Of a stretch of DNA of 64,000 bases, positions 12,236 to 24,857 are shown in pieces (the stretch's first letter is position 1; each line of letters begins with the position of its first letter). The notes below the pieces were generated by a model. It saw only the letters and a list, made by a program, of their open reading frames with translations. It searched no databases and was not told where the DNA came from. A program made the position numbers and the translations under genes. The stretch comes from Malacoraja senta (taxonomy: Eukaryota). The stretch is from contig CM075980.1 in assembly GCA_038087875.1 (NCBI GenBank), positions 9,176,001-9,240,000 of the forward strand, read 5' to 3'.

Positions 12236-14581
12236 GAGGATTATGTTATACTTGATAATGTGCAAGTGAGCCAGCAGCCTACATCAATGTAAAAAAATAC
12301 CTCGTGAATTGTGAATTACCACAGGCTGCTTGACAGTATGTCAGCTATTTTGGGAAGATGGCAACTTGCCCAGATCCTCGCTGTGAATTGCCCTTTAATC
12401 TCTTTACAGACATTTTTGTCCAGAGGTTGATGTTGTATGTACCCTCTTAAAGTTGTGATTTATTGTCAATGACTGTCATTCAACCTCTGGCCCAGTAAAG
12501 GAATTAAAAGCCTGTGGTCTTATTACTTCAAAATCAGCTGGAGTTTAAAACAAAGTTGAATGTTTAAAATGTTAAAAAAAGGTTTTCGTGTTTTTAAACT
12601 TCATGATTGTTGAAATATGCCCCTTTTATCACCCTCCTTGGAGTTCTGGTATATTTTTCCATCTTTGTACCACATAGGATACATTCTTGGTCTCACTGTT
12701 CACTGAGAATCCAGATGCTTTGTTGCCCTCTCTGCAATTAGCAGTTTGCAGTTTCAGCAGTTGCAAAGCTAAATATATTTCAGCCAAAGGTGCAGAAACA
12801 CATCTAACTAATTTGGAATGCCCTAGGTTATTCTGCATCAGCACATTCCATCTCAGCACAATTTGAGCTGAAAGCATTTAGGAAATCAGTCAAGCTTCCT
12901 TTTGTATTTCTAATTCCACTTTATTTCTTGAACTTGTTTAGTGAGATCGAGCCCAGTATAGTTATACAGCAAAACAAGAAAGTGTTACCCGAGAGGAGTT
13001 CTGTAATGGGCCATCACGGATATACTGGAAAAGGCTATGCTTATTTATGCAAATTACTATATATAATATACCTGGAAAATTCGAAGAGATCTTTCAGTTA
13101 AAATAGTCAATAGTTGGCCAGGGTACAAAATTTAATTTAAAAAAAAAGACAAAGTGCTGGAGTAACTCAGCGAGTCTGGCAGCATTTCTGGCGAAGATGC
13201 TCCAGAGATGCTGCTTGACTCACGGAGTTACTCCAGCATTTTTGTGCCTTTTTAAAATAAACCAGCACCTGCAGTTCCTTGTTTCTCCATTCTGAGTTTA
13301 ATATATTATTTCCATTTTGAGAGGTCGAATTGAATTGTCTCTCTAATCACGTCTTTTTTCCAGTTCATTTATGTTGTTTTATCACATTATATTACCTAAA
13401 TGAATTGAAATTATGGGAATAGAGGAGCGGCGAAGGAATATATTGAGAGTTTTTCTACCATGGCAGCACTGCAAGATTTCACAATAGGTTGAGTTAATTT
13501 AAGTTTATAATGACCATTGTGTGCCTCATGCCTGCTTATTATGCATTGGGAATAATATAATTACGTGGGAGGTATTAATGAACGTTAGTAGATTGGTCAA
13601 AGCTGTTCCTTGTGTGCTATGACACAGGAAAGGGTAAGATTCATCCTTTGGACCGATGACAATGGTAATGTGATTATTAATACTCGCATTCTAGATAGAT
13701 TTTCTCACTGGGATTAAGGATTCTACTGTTACATTGAATTTAGATTTTCCATTGGATCCCCACATAAATGTTGAAGTAATAACAGAGTGTTAATTGCTTG
13801 CTGAAGGCTGCAGTAAATTCAGGTTAGGTGGTATGATAAATATTTTTAGTGAGTTGCTGCATTTCTGTTCTGACGTGGCATATTTTCCAAAAACTAATTA
13901 TTCACCCTTCTTAGGCCTGGTGTCATGAGAAAAAAATGAGTTTTATGCAAAAAAAGGTGTAAGAATTTTATTTGTAAGGAGTCATCAAATGAGAATTTGT
14001 TATTAAATAACTGACATTCTAAAGGGATTGATGGACCAGAGAGATGTAGCTTCTGTGAAACAACACGCTTATGCATCCTAAAGTTTCTTATTAAAGAGAG
14101 AGTACAAAATTAAAACAGTGGAATGTTATCTTTAGTTTTGGATGCTTTTCTTCGAAAAGCAATTTAAAGTTTTGGAGAGGACATTCACTAATATTCTAAT
14201 TAGGATGAGGAACTTTAATGAGGAAATAGAAAGATTCTTTCTATCGGGAAAATAAGTTAAAATGAAATATCAACATTTTTCGATTGAGTGGTTGTAATAA
14301 ATTAACTCATCAGTGTTTCCAGCATTTCCATCTTTATTTCATGCAGTGGCTTATTAGAGTATCAATGCCCTCTGAGGCATGGATTCACAATATTATTATG
14401 TGAAGTGGTAAATGTTTGAAAAATAATGTATTTTAAAGATTCTGCGGAAAATAAGACTACAGATAGCTGTTTCAGAGAGCTGATATGAATAATAGGATAA
14501 AGGGCATTTTGTTTTGCACAACATTGCAATGTAATAACAATTACGTCTCTATAACATATTTATCCTTACTTTTTCTCTTAG

Positions 14582-14808
14582 ATGCTCTGCTGGCTGACCT
14601 AGAGTCAACAACTTCACAGATTTCAAAAAGACCCATTTTTATCCCAGAGGAAACCCCGTACTCCTATCCAACAGGAAGCCATGTTTGCCAGGAAGTATCC
14701 ATTCCCCCACCAGTGCCACCACCTCCCTCAGCTGATGCTTTGAATGGGGTAATCATCGACTCAGTTGAACAAAGGCAACCCTCTGTTTCACGATATCAGC
14801 ACCAGAAG
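14582..14808 (+). CDS. PXN: Paxillin exon 2 (LD1 remainder, Y31 site, proline-rich SH3-binding motif)
   Basis: Polypyrimidine tract with ttag acceptor; translates (D)ALLADLESTTSQISKRPIFIPEETPYSYPTG...PPPVPPPP...YQHQK; donor AAG|gtaggt; 227 nt, phase 1 to 0. Confidence 0.97.
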
Positions 14809-17041
14809 GTAGGTGTGAGCTATCCTTTGTCCATGCAATTATTGTTATGTGGCTCCTCCTTGCCCCCCCCCCCTCACAATTTCTCCCCCATTTTAATTTC
14901 TTATGACACTAAAGTGAATTTTCTACACCAAATTTGAACAGTCCACATTTCTTGATGCTGCTTTATTTCTTCCACTTTTAGACTATTAATGGAATTAACA
15001 TAATAAAGTTATCACAAACTCAGATTGACCCATTAAATAGACCTCTCTCATCAAGTAATTAAGTACAGCTCTCATTCTTCAATAAACAGTTTATGACAGC
15101 ATAAGGGAAAAACAGTTGTTAGTTGCACAGTACGTTATTTTTCTTCAACATTTTGAAATTGAACACTTTTCCCTTGGATTGGATTTGACCAGGCATGAGT
15201 CACCTTTGTGCCAATGATGTGATTTTAACCCATGGGACGCATGGGATGACTTCATTCCCATTGCAATGCTATTGTAGAAGCATTGTAAAAAATCAGAGCA
15301 CATTGTAACAGGAGTAACCATTAGTGAGCACAGCTGGGGCAGCTTGCGCTTCTCAGCACAGTGCCAGACTGGATCTTCTGCCAGATAAGTGAAAACTTGC
15401 CCACATGCTTCCGACTGTGCTGCACCTATGAATCCCCAGACCTCCAACACGACTGCAATCCCTGCCCAGAAACTCATCCTCTTTACCCCCCCCCCCCCCC
15501 CCCACAATATGTTAGCTTCCTGACCCTTCCTAAACACTGCCAATCTTGCCATTTTCCCTTCCCTCTCCACTGTCTGTCAATACCAGATTCAAATGTTTCT
15601 TATTCCTCCCAGAGCATGAAGCATACTGGTGGGTAGATTTCATTCTCAAAATAGGTATTAGTTAAGAGCTGCTATCTACCACAATTTATTTGAAAAAGTT
15701 TCTTGAAACTCTTCTTGACGTAGTTGCAGTTCCCTTAGTTTCTGTAAAAAAAAAAATGTTTTTAATGTTTTTGGCACATATGCTGTTTTGTGTCATTTAG
15801 AAGTATTTCTTCTAGATGACACATTGGGGTTATGAGGTGGAGAATTTTTCTTTAATGTCTTGCAGTCATGATAAAATGTAACTGATATTTTGTACACAAA
15901 ATAATGGGAGTACATTGAATGTTGTGCAATTTTAAATTATTGTGGTCCCACTATGACACATCTGGGAATATGACTTAGTGTGTTGTAGGGCTAATCATGG
16001 CTCATTTGGCCATAAATGGCATTTAAGAGACTTTGAATTCTGAACAGAATCTTAACAGATTGAAATATACTGAATCATCTGCCAGTTTTTATCTCTGAAT
16101 TTAGTATTATTTTCCACTGAGTCATTCAGAACAGCGTAGTTCCATTATAGAACAGAGTTGAACTCAAAACAACTTGGCATTATTGCCAGTATCCAGGAAG
16201 AACATTCCTCCTTTGAAATTACACTTTAATTCCCTAGAATGGAATTCTAGCAGGGCTGTCAAGTGTTTCCTTCTGGGCATGTGATGCACCCAAGAATATA
16301 TTTTGTTGGCAAGCGAAATAAATAAATTGATGCATTGCTACAATGAATGAGTGATCTCCAACTAAATTCCCTGCAATGAAATAATTTGCAGCAGAGGGAT
16401 TTTGAGCACAACTTCCATTGTAATTGAAAGCAGTGATAATTTAGTTTTATGATTGCTGGTGTGACAAGTGTTTGGATCTTCTGAACCTTGTGTCAACTTG
16501 AGTCTTTGTGAATGGGGGAAGGGATGTAAGCAAAATGGAACGTGAAAGTACTGCCAAGAGTCGAAGGGGATTTTTCTGCTGATTAGTCTGGCTTCTAAAA
16601 TCTTGAGAGATGCCTCTTAAAAATAGCGGAGTCAGCGGATATGCGGAGAAGGCAGGAACGGGGTGCTGATTGGGAATGATCAGCCATGATCACATTGAAT
16701 GGCGGTGCTGGATCGAAGGGCCGAATGGCCTACTCCTGCACCTATTGTCTATTGTCTATTGAAATCTTTTTTTCAGTAATAAAGAAGACAGTGAATATTA
16801 TGTGGATTAATTCCTAGAAGGTAGTTGATAAAGGCGGCAAATAAGACATTATAAAAAGTTGAGGCAAATAACATTTAAAAGAACGTCAATAGACTCAAAA
16901 TGCTGGAGTAACTTAGCGGGACAGGCAGCATCTATGGAGAGAAAGAATGGGTGACGTTTTGGGTCGAGGCCCTTCTTCAGACAAAAGAATGTAATCTTGA
17001 GGCTGTGAGAATATATTTTTTCATATTCCAAAGGAGTAGGT

Positions 17042-17304
17042 CAGGGGTCGGCAACCTATGGCCCATTACCCGAACTCATCCGGCCCTCAGGCGGATTTTT
17101 TTTCCCGTAATCTTCATGCCCGCCGAGTGCGGCCGAGCTCTGGCTGTACCGCATCCGCGCACCTTCTGTGAACACATGATTTGATGCCTGCCATCTGAGG
17201 CGGGATAGGGGCGGGATCCATGTGTACAGGTGATGGATGTGGCCCACCATCCGCTCACAGACATGCGTACTGGCCCCTATACAGAACAAGGTTGCCGACC
17301 CCTG
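17042..17304. mobile_element. hAT (Charlie-like) MITE
   Basis: Perfect 16-bp terminal inverted repeat CAGGGGTCGGCAACCT; degenerate 8-bp target duplication GAGTAGGT/TAGTAGGC. Confidence 0.85.
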
Positions 17305-17506
17305 TAGTAGGCAATGATATATGCCCTGCTGTGAACTGTGACTGTTTGTTCGTTATTCATGTCATTGATTTGAGTACAGTGAGATGTTGAAGCTTTTTGA
17401 TAGCAGTTTTCAATGTATAGGAGGTTAGATAGAATTATAGAATTCACATGAGTATGGATTGGATAGGTTCCTTATGCAATATAATTTTTTGTAAAAGAGC
17501 AAAAAA

Positions 17507-17855
17507 TTGAAACATATAAGATTATTAAGGGTTTGGACACGCTAGAGGCAGGAAACATGTTCCCAATGTTGGGGGAGTCCAGAACCAGGTGCCACAGTTT
17601 AAGAATAAGGGGTAAGCCATTTAGAAAGGAGATGAGGAAACACTTTTTCACACAGAGTTGTGAGTCTGCGGAATTCTCTGCCTCAGAGGGCGGTGGAGGC
17701 CGGTTCTCTGGATACTTTCAAGAGAGAGCTAGATAGGGCTCTTGAAGATAGCAGAGTCAGGGGATATGGGGAGAAGGCAGGAATGGGGTACTGATTGTGG
17801 ATGATCAGCCATGATCACATTGAATGGCCTACTCCTGCACCTATTGTCTATTGGC
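17507..17855 (+). mobile_element. CR1 LINE 3' end (related piece at about 16610-16761)
   Basis: ETYKIIKGLDTLEAGNMFPMLGESRTR; (CTATTGT)n tail. Confidence 0.88.
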
Positions 17856-18799
17856 TAAAATAAATACACTTAAAAAATAATGTTCTTACTGAGTACAAAG
17901 GCAAAGAAATCTGGGATTTCAAACAGACTTTTAAGCATAGAAGTGATGGTGATAAAACAATAACAATTAAACTTCTCTGTTTAAGACACACATGAAAGGA
18001 ATATATTATGGGAAGAAATTATGTTTGTAGACACAAGATTGAGTAGTACAGGTTTATTTTCCTTAAATCCTCTGAGAAGATGAATATAAAAAATTGTTAT
18101 GTCACTCTTTAGGATGGGTCAATTTATATTTTTAACGCCATCAAAGCTGAGAGGGAAAATGTGAGAAAAAAAAGGTTGTTAGCTTTGAAACACGATTAGA
18201 TGACAAGAGCAGAGAAGCAATTTAGTGGCTATATTTTGCATGGTGGGTTATTAGAACGTGGAATGAGAGCAGAAAGATCTTCAGCATGAGTGAAAATAGA
18301 TAAATTAACATTTTCAGAGTAACCATTCTCCAGAAAAGTGAAAACTTATCACCTCTGTAAAGATGCTAGGTAAAATCCTATGTTGGAAGGAACTGCAGAT
18401 GTTCGTTTACACCGAAGATAGACACAAAATGCTGGAGTAACTCAGCGGGACAGGCAGCGTCTCTGGATACAAGAAATGGGTGACATTTCGGGTCGAGGCC
18501 CTTCTTTAGTATGTTTCCTAGTTTTTGTTTGTTCCAAGTTCTTGGAACTTGCAGATTTTTCATGTATGGATGGTGCCTGTTGAAGTCAAGCCTGTCATTG
18601 CATTTAAGAGGAGGAGGAATAAGTACTTTTATGGTAAAATAGGTACAGAGACTTTGGATTACAGTAGATAACTACAGGTGAGTAAGTAGCTCTAGCATCA
18701 GTGAAGTTAGAATTGCTTACTGTTGTATTTAATTATTAAAAAAAAGCAATGAACATATAGACATGCATAATTAATACTTTTTTCCCCTTGGTTGTGTAG

Positions 18800-18850
18800 G
18801 GTCACCAAGAGGAGATCCCGCCTTCAATTGGAATCACCAGCTCTCCCCAG
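18800..18850 (+). CDS. PXN: Candidate 51-nt in-frame paxillin micro-exon (GHQEEIPPSIGITSSPQ)
   Basis: Acceptor ctttttccccttggttgtgtag; 17 codons with no stop; donor CAG|gtacag; phase 0/0 fits between exons 2 and 3. Confidence 0.55.
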
Positions 18851-18974
18851 GTACAGCTTTGAATGTCATGTTTCCATGAGAGAACTGAGATTTTCTGACC
18901 ATTATAATTATTTGTTTTTCATTTCTAGAGTGGTGACAATTCACTGCTTCTTTCCGGCACTGTTCTCCATCTAA

Positions 18975-19485
18975 ACTTTTGCTGCTCTGTCCTCTCTCTC
19001 CATTCATGTCCATTATGGGGAGAAGGGAGTAGAATGGGGTTCGGAGAGAGAGAGAGATCAGACATGATTGAATGGTGGAGTAGACTTAATGGGCCGAATG
19101 ACCTAATTCTGCTCCTATCACTTATGACCTAATCCCACAACTAAGATTTTCTGTCTATTTGAGTCAATTAATTTTTTTTAATCCCCACCCCCCCCCCCCA
19201 AAATAAATATTTAAAAGGTCACTATTGCCTCCACTTTTGCTGCTCTGCCCTCTCTCTCCATTCATGTCCATTATGGGGAGAAGGGAGTAGAATGGGGTTC
19301 GGAGAGAGAGATAGATCAGACATGATTGAATGGTGGAGTAGTTTTGATGGGCCGAATGGCCTAATTCTGCTCCTATCACTTATAACCTAATCCCACAACT
19401 AAGATTTTCTGTCTATTTGAGTTGATTAAATTTTTTTAATCCCCCCCCCCCATATATTTTTTTTTTAAAGGTCAATGTTGCCTCC
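18975..19485 (+). repeat. Tandem duplication, unit about 258 bp, containing a CR1 3' tail
   Basis: Near-identical units start at 18975 and 19233. Confidence 0.9.
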
Positions 19486-20083
19486 ACCCACGTGAGCCAA
19501 TAACTGCAGCTGCAGGATCATAAAAAGATACTTAATGGATTTCTTTAGTTAGAATTTAAAGAGTCTGATTTATACCCTTCAATATTCAGGGCATCTGTAT
19601 CTTAAATAACTGCTGAAAGAAAGCTAATTAAAAGTAGTTCCAATCCAAAAGTGAAATCGAGCAGAATCTAGTTAATTCCAGGGTTAAAGCCCTTGGATGT
19701 TCTGGTTTAAAATTGAGACTTGCAGTTCCATACAGATTGAAATTCTTTGGCTGTGATTTTAAGCCACACCTTGCCAGTAGATGTGCAGGATGAATAAATA
19801 ATGACCTCGGTGCAGTTTGTTTGGAAGGAGCGGCAGTATTCAGATTAAATCACTGATTCATTCTTCTAAATTAATTTCTTAATTTAAGAGTAAAAAATAA
19901 CTTGAAATATCATTTTTACAGTACTTGGCAGAAGCTGGATGCTACTAGTTCTTTAAAGCAGCAACATTAATATGTAACCAATTTAGTGTTGTGATTTGTT
20001 TTTAGTTCTCATGGTTTATATTTAAGATCTGAAGATCATTATTACCTTTCTCATTGCTGAGTATCAGATGTTCCTTATTTCAG

Positions 20084-20184
20084 CCACAGCAGCAGACTTA
20101 CTCCACAAATGTGAAAAGTTCCTTCTCTCAAGATCCCATCAGTCCTCCTGCTCCACGTTCTTCTGAAGAAGACCATGTTTACAG
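20084..20184 (+). CDS. PXN: Paxillin exon 3 (contains the Y118-equivalent EEDHVYS)
   Basis: Acceptor ttccttatttcag; PQQQTYSTNVKSSFSQDPISPPAPRSSEEDHVY(S); donor CAG|gtactc; 101 nt, phase 0 to 2. Confidence 0.92.
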
Positions 20185-21214
20185 GTACTCCATAGGGCGT
20201 TGCTCTTTTAGATGGGGTGGCAGAGAGTAATTTCCTCTATTAGCAGTGTCACTCATCAGTGAGTGAATAAGTGCTTAATTCAGATGAAACATATTGTAGG
20301 TGGAATAATGATTATGGTCTCTTCTCCAAGGAAGATACAAACATGACCCACCATCATAAGTAAAATTATGGTATTTGGTATTATGGTATCTTGAGGCTGC
20401 TCTCTTTGTTAATGCAGATAGACTGATTTTCTTGAACAAGTAGTGGTTGTTTAAATGAATGAATGTGATAATTTATGACTGCCTTGAAAGAAAAGTTTCA
20501 TTGACAGCTGAACAAAGACTGCCTTTTTAAACTGAGTGACGGTGACAGCTAAAACAGATCTTTTCCCAGATAACGTCTCCTAAAATGGAGCTGAGTACAT
20601 AATGGATGAGCAGTCGGTCTTTATAGACTTGTAGATAGCCTCCGTCTCGTAAATGGAAATATTTATCATACTACTTTACGAACATTGCCTTGCTCAATTT
20701 CTAACGTTAAACATATTGTACCATTTGTAAATAATTACTGACTGACCATATGAGGTTATTAATGGTCTTATCAATGCAGCTATGTCGCCATAACTTCCAG
20801 TTATTTGACACGAACAATGTAATAAAATTCTAAAGTGATCTGCTGAGGATAGTAAGAAGACAATGAGTCATTAGCAAATTAGCAGGGGTGATTAAAGGCA
20901 CAGTTGGATAAGTTTTTGTGTTTTTCGTTTTGAAGAGCAGGATTGACAACTGTCAGGATTGAAAATCCTGGGGTCAACCATGGACTGGGGAAAACGCACA
21001 GGACAGTCTGCACATTAGAGCAGAAGGTGTAAATACAATGCAATGATACACAACCCAGTAAGACATTGGTTTTACTCATTGTTGCCTTTGATATTCGAAG
21101 GTTGCTGGTTAGTAAATGGTATCTTCACTGTTTAAGGTTAAGGGACATTCATCCTCATCAAGAACAATAGTTGCCCTCCTTTCAATGTCATCAGTAACCA
21201 TGTGTTGATTTTAT

Positions 21215-21470
21215 GAAGGTAGACAAAAATGCTGGAGAAACTCAGCGGGTGAGGCAGCATCTATGGAGCGAAGGAAATAGGCAACGTTTTGGGTCGAAAC
21301 ATTTCTTCAGACTGATGTGAGGGTGGGGGGGCGGGAAGAAGAAAGGAAGAGGTGGAGCCAGTGGGCTGACGCAGAGCTGAGAAGGGGAGGAGAAAGTAGG
21401 GACTACCTGAAATTAGAGAAGTCAATGTTCATACCGCTGGGGTGCAAACTGCCCAAGCGAAATATGAGGT
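21215..21470 (-). mobile_element. Penelope-like element 3' fragment
   Basis: Reverse complement of the same family as 11072-11285 and 11721-12235 (LIFRLGSLHPSGMNIDFSNF). Confidence 0.8.
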
Positions 21471-21739
21471 TGTTTTTATGAAGTTGTTTTAAAACAGTGC
21501 ATGATTGTGTGCCTGATGGAAGTGTGATGTCCGGGTTTAGTGGACAAATGATAATGTCCGGGATTAGTGGACAAATGATAATGCAATTACAGTCAATATT
21601 AATCTCTGTTATGTTTACTAATGATGATGGCATAGTTGAACAGTGTTAATGTTTAAGTGAGGTATCCACCGCTGCTAGGTGTGGTTCAAACGGCTGAGCT
21701 TTTAGATAACAATGCGCTCTTATTCTGCCACATCTGCAG

Positions 21740-21879
21740 CTTCCCCAACAAAACAAAGTCCTCAGAACCTTCACCGATCATCATGACTGCCTCACTCGGC
21801 AGTAATCTCTCTGAATTGGATCGTCTCTTGTTGGAACTGAATGAGGTGCAACACAATCCATCTAGCAGCTTTGCAACAG
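21740..21879 (+). CDS. PXN: Paxillin exon 4 (LD2), GC donor
   Basis: Acceptor ctgcag; (S)FPNKTKSSEPSPIIMTASLGSNLSELDRLLLELNEVQHNPSSSFAT; donor CAG|gcaagt gives the phase 1 needed by the next exon. Confidence 0.95.
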
Positions 21880-22340
21880 GCAAGTACTGAATATAACACG
21901 GTCTTCCATAAAACAGAATCCAATTCTTTCCAAAAACCTTGTTTCAATGCAGTGGGAAAGGAAGTAATTTTTTTCATTTGCATTTTCTCCTTTCCTCCAT
22001 ACTAAGAATGGAGAGAGTACAGATTTAAAAGGCCACTTTTAGAATTTAACAGACACATTTATATTCTTGTGTGATTTACTTGTGGGACTGTACATTCTGA
22101 AATCCCTGAGGAATTGAAATAAATGTTTGAAAATTTAGAGTAGCCCGCAGTCTGTGTTTGGATTTAATCTCGTTATTTGTTTTGGGGCATTGCTGAAGTA
22201 ATATGGATCTAAAACTTATAAGATAATATTTCTGAAATAAACATGTCAACACATCAGATTTGTTTTCTTCCTTGCTTATCCTCCTCATGTGAAAGGGATA
22301 GGTCAGATGGCTGGTTTGCAGAATTTTCCAATGCTGAACA

Positions 22341-22836
22341 CAGGCATGGAAATTGTTATCAAAACATGGGGGGGGGGGGCCGGGGACACAGAATTTCTTG
22401 GCACACACACACACACACACACACCCCCCCCCCCGAGGATCTTTGTCCAGGGCTGCCGAGAGTGTTTTTCGCTAGTGACCTATGACCTGGCCATGCAATT
22501 CAAGCTCCGCTCTATGATCTTTGCTCCACCAGGACGTCTCCCTCCTCCAATCACCGCGCTCTATCCTCAGTCCCACCCCTCTCCTTCTGCCTCTGACGGA
22601 CACCTCCCTCCTCCAATTATCGCGCTAAATCATCATGTCCTGCCCCCATTGCCTGCTGACCGACGTCTCTCTCGTCCAATCGGCGCCCTCGATCAGCAGT
22701 CCCACCTCCACTCTCGCGGAAAGCGGAGATTTCACCGAGTTTTAAAATCCGGATTACAAAAAATGGGGGGGATCGTCCCCCACCTCTCAAGACAGGGGGG
22801 GGCCCTGCCCCCCCCCCCCCCGGATTTCCGCCCCTG
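22341..22836. mobile_element. hAT-superfamily non-autonomous DNA transposon
   Basis: Perfect 8-bp target duplication GCTGAACA (22333-22340 and 22837-22844); imperfect terminal inverted repeat CAGG...GGAAAT; G/C runs near both ends. Confidence 0.85.
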
Positions 22837-23749
22837 GCTGAACAGATTTAATGGCTGAATGAAACATAAAGGCTATCAAACAGGAAATGTCTTGCTTCAG
22901 TTTGAAATTTCCTCTCAAACAGAGCAGAAGTTGACATGTGAGTAACTGAGTTGATGAGGATCTACACTTTTACACACTGCATCAGATAACTAGTTTTTTT
23001 CCACCGGTGTCCTGCTCTGCATTTTGGAGTTTTTTATTTTTATTTATTCCCTTCCACGATGTGGGTGTCGTTGGTTGAGTTAGTGTTTCAAGCTCGTGCT
23101 GGAGGCAAGAGGCTTGCTGGACCACTGCAGAGGGCAATTAAGAGTCAAGCATCTTTGTTGGTCTGGAGTAACATGTAGATGAGATTAGGCCAGGGTAGGA
23201 GATGTCTCTGTGGGGCATACAGTCATCTGGTATCCGTTGGCCATCATTACAAGCTTGTTAATATTGATTAATTATCTATTTTTTCCCCCAGGTGTATGGT
23301 GGGATTTGAGCTCATGGCTCTGGATCAGGATACGAGACCAGGAGCTTATCTATAGTCAATCTTGATAGAAAATTGCACTCGATATTTTTCCCTTGCTTCA
23401 GCTTGCTTTGACAACACATTCTAAAATGGCTGTGATTTGAAACCCTTGTGAAATGACGCAGTGTTATGAAACAACCTATTTCACACCTCCGAGGACTTTT
23501 TTTTTTAATTGGAAAATTTTATCTTATAGTTAAAGGTTGTAAAATCTACTATAGAAGAAGGTATAATCTAGATCAATGCTTTAATAGATTTTGTTCCAAA
23601 TAAAGCCTTTAGCCAATGCCTCATCTATCCACAGATAAATGCAAAATCTACCACATTATTATGACCAATACATTCCTTTAACCTGCAACACCAAAATGAG
23701 TTCTCTTTTCATTCATTCATTTGTTAAAAATGAAACATTTAAGATGTGC

Positions 23750-24430
23750 ACACAAGAATATAAGAAAATAGGAGCAGGAGTCAGCCCTGCAAACCTGTTC
23801 TGCCATTCAATATAATCATGGCTGATTTATCCAATGCCTCAACCCCTCTGTGCCAGATTCCGATAGCCCTTGATCCTCCAATTTAAAAAAAAAACTACTT
23901 TAAAGTCTTCAAATGAGCTACATTCCAAACACATGCAGAGGGTGCATAATCTCTGGAATTCTCTGCGAGACGATATTTCTACATGCCTCACTTTTAAGTA
24001 ACTGGCCGCTTGACTTGAAATTATATTCTTTGTTTAAAATTAATCCATTAATGAAAACATCTTAACATCTACCATGCCACACCCCCTTAGGATGTTATAT
24101 GTTTTAATAACATCACTTCTCATTCTTCTAAACTCCGAAGAATACAAGCCCAACATGTTTGTTAATGGAAATCCCTTCACCCCCGGAATTACCTGGTGAT
24201 TTCTTTTGAACTGCCTCTAATCCCATTATAGAATTTCTTTTGTAAGGGGCCAACACTGTGGATAGAATTCTGGAATTCTGTATAATTGCAACAAAATCTT
24301 CCAATTTCTGAATTCCAAACCCTCTGCATTAAGCCCAATGTACCATTTGATAAGCGACCTGCTCCACCTGCCTGCTAATTGTTTGTAATCCACACATAAA
24401 ATCACTTGTATACCTCTGCACTTGAAAAAT
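23750..24430 (-). mobile_element. Old CR1 LINE fragment
   Basis: Reverse-strand CR1 3' tail (aaataggagcaggagt...tctgccattcaat) and LGLYSSEFRRMRSD-like motif. Confidence 0.7.
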
Positions 24431-24655
24431 AATCATAGTCAGAAATAATCCACAGGCTGCAAGGCTCTGCAGGATATCCTGAGTAATGACTATGGTGCAG
24501 TTTAATTGCAAGCTCCTGTGTTACATGACAAATAAGCAAGAACTCCAAGGGGAATAACTGAATTATGATTAACAGAGCATCGGTAAATTTTGATTCAAAA
24601 ATTTAAAGTATTCAAACTTTTTTTTGTGACGAACCTCACTGCTGTCCTTCCTCAG

Positions 24656-24857
24656 ATGAGTCCAACCGCGGCCCCCATTCTGCTCCTGGCAGTGGCTCCC
24701 AGTACACAGGTCAAGAAAATGGAACTCAGATGGGGAAAAAAGTGCCTCCCCCAACGAAAGAAAAACCCAAAAGAAATGGAGGCCGAGGAATTGACGATGT
24801 ACGGCCAAGTGTGGAAAGCCTATTAGATGAACTGGAGAGCTCAGTTCCCAGTCCAAG
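24656..24857 (+). CDS. PXN: Paxillin exon 5 (LD3)
   Basis: Acceptor ccttcctcag; (D)ESNRGPH...TKEKPKRNGGRGIDDVRPSVESLLDELESSVPSP; donor AAG|gtatgc; 202 nt, phase 1 to 2. Confidence 0.96.

Noticed and set aside
1-14581. PXN exon 1 and promoter
   Set aside because: No ATG-GAY-GAY-YTN-G|gt exon or CpG island was seen, so it probably lies upstream of the window
24590-24826. 78-aa ORF overlapping exon 5
   Set aside because: Wrong frame; the paxillin LD3 sequence is in another frame
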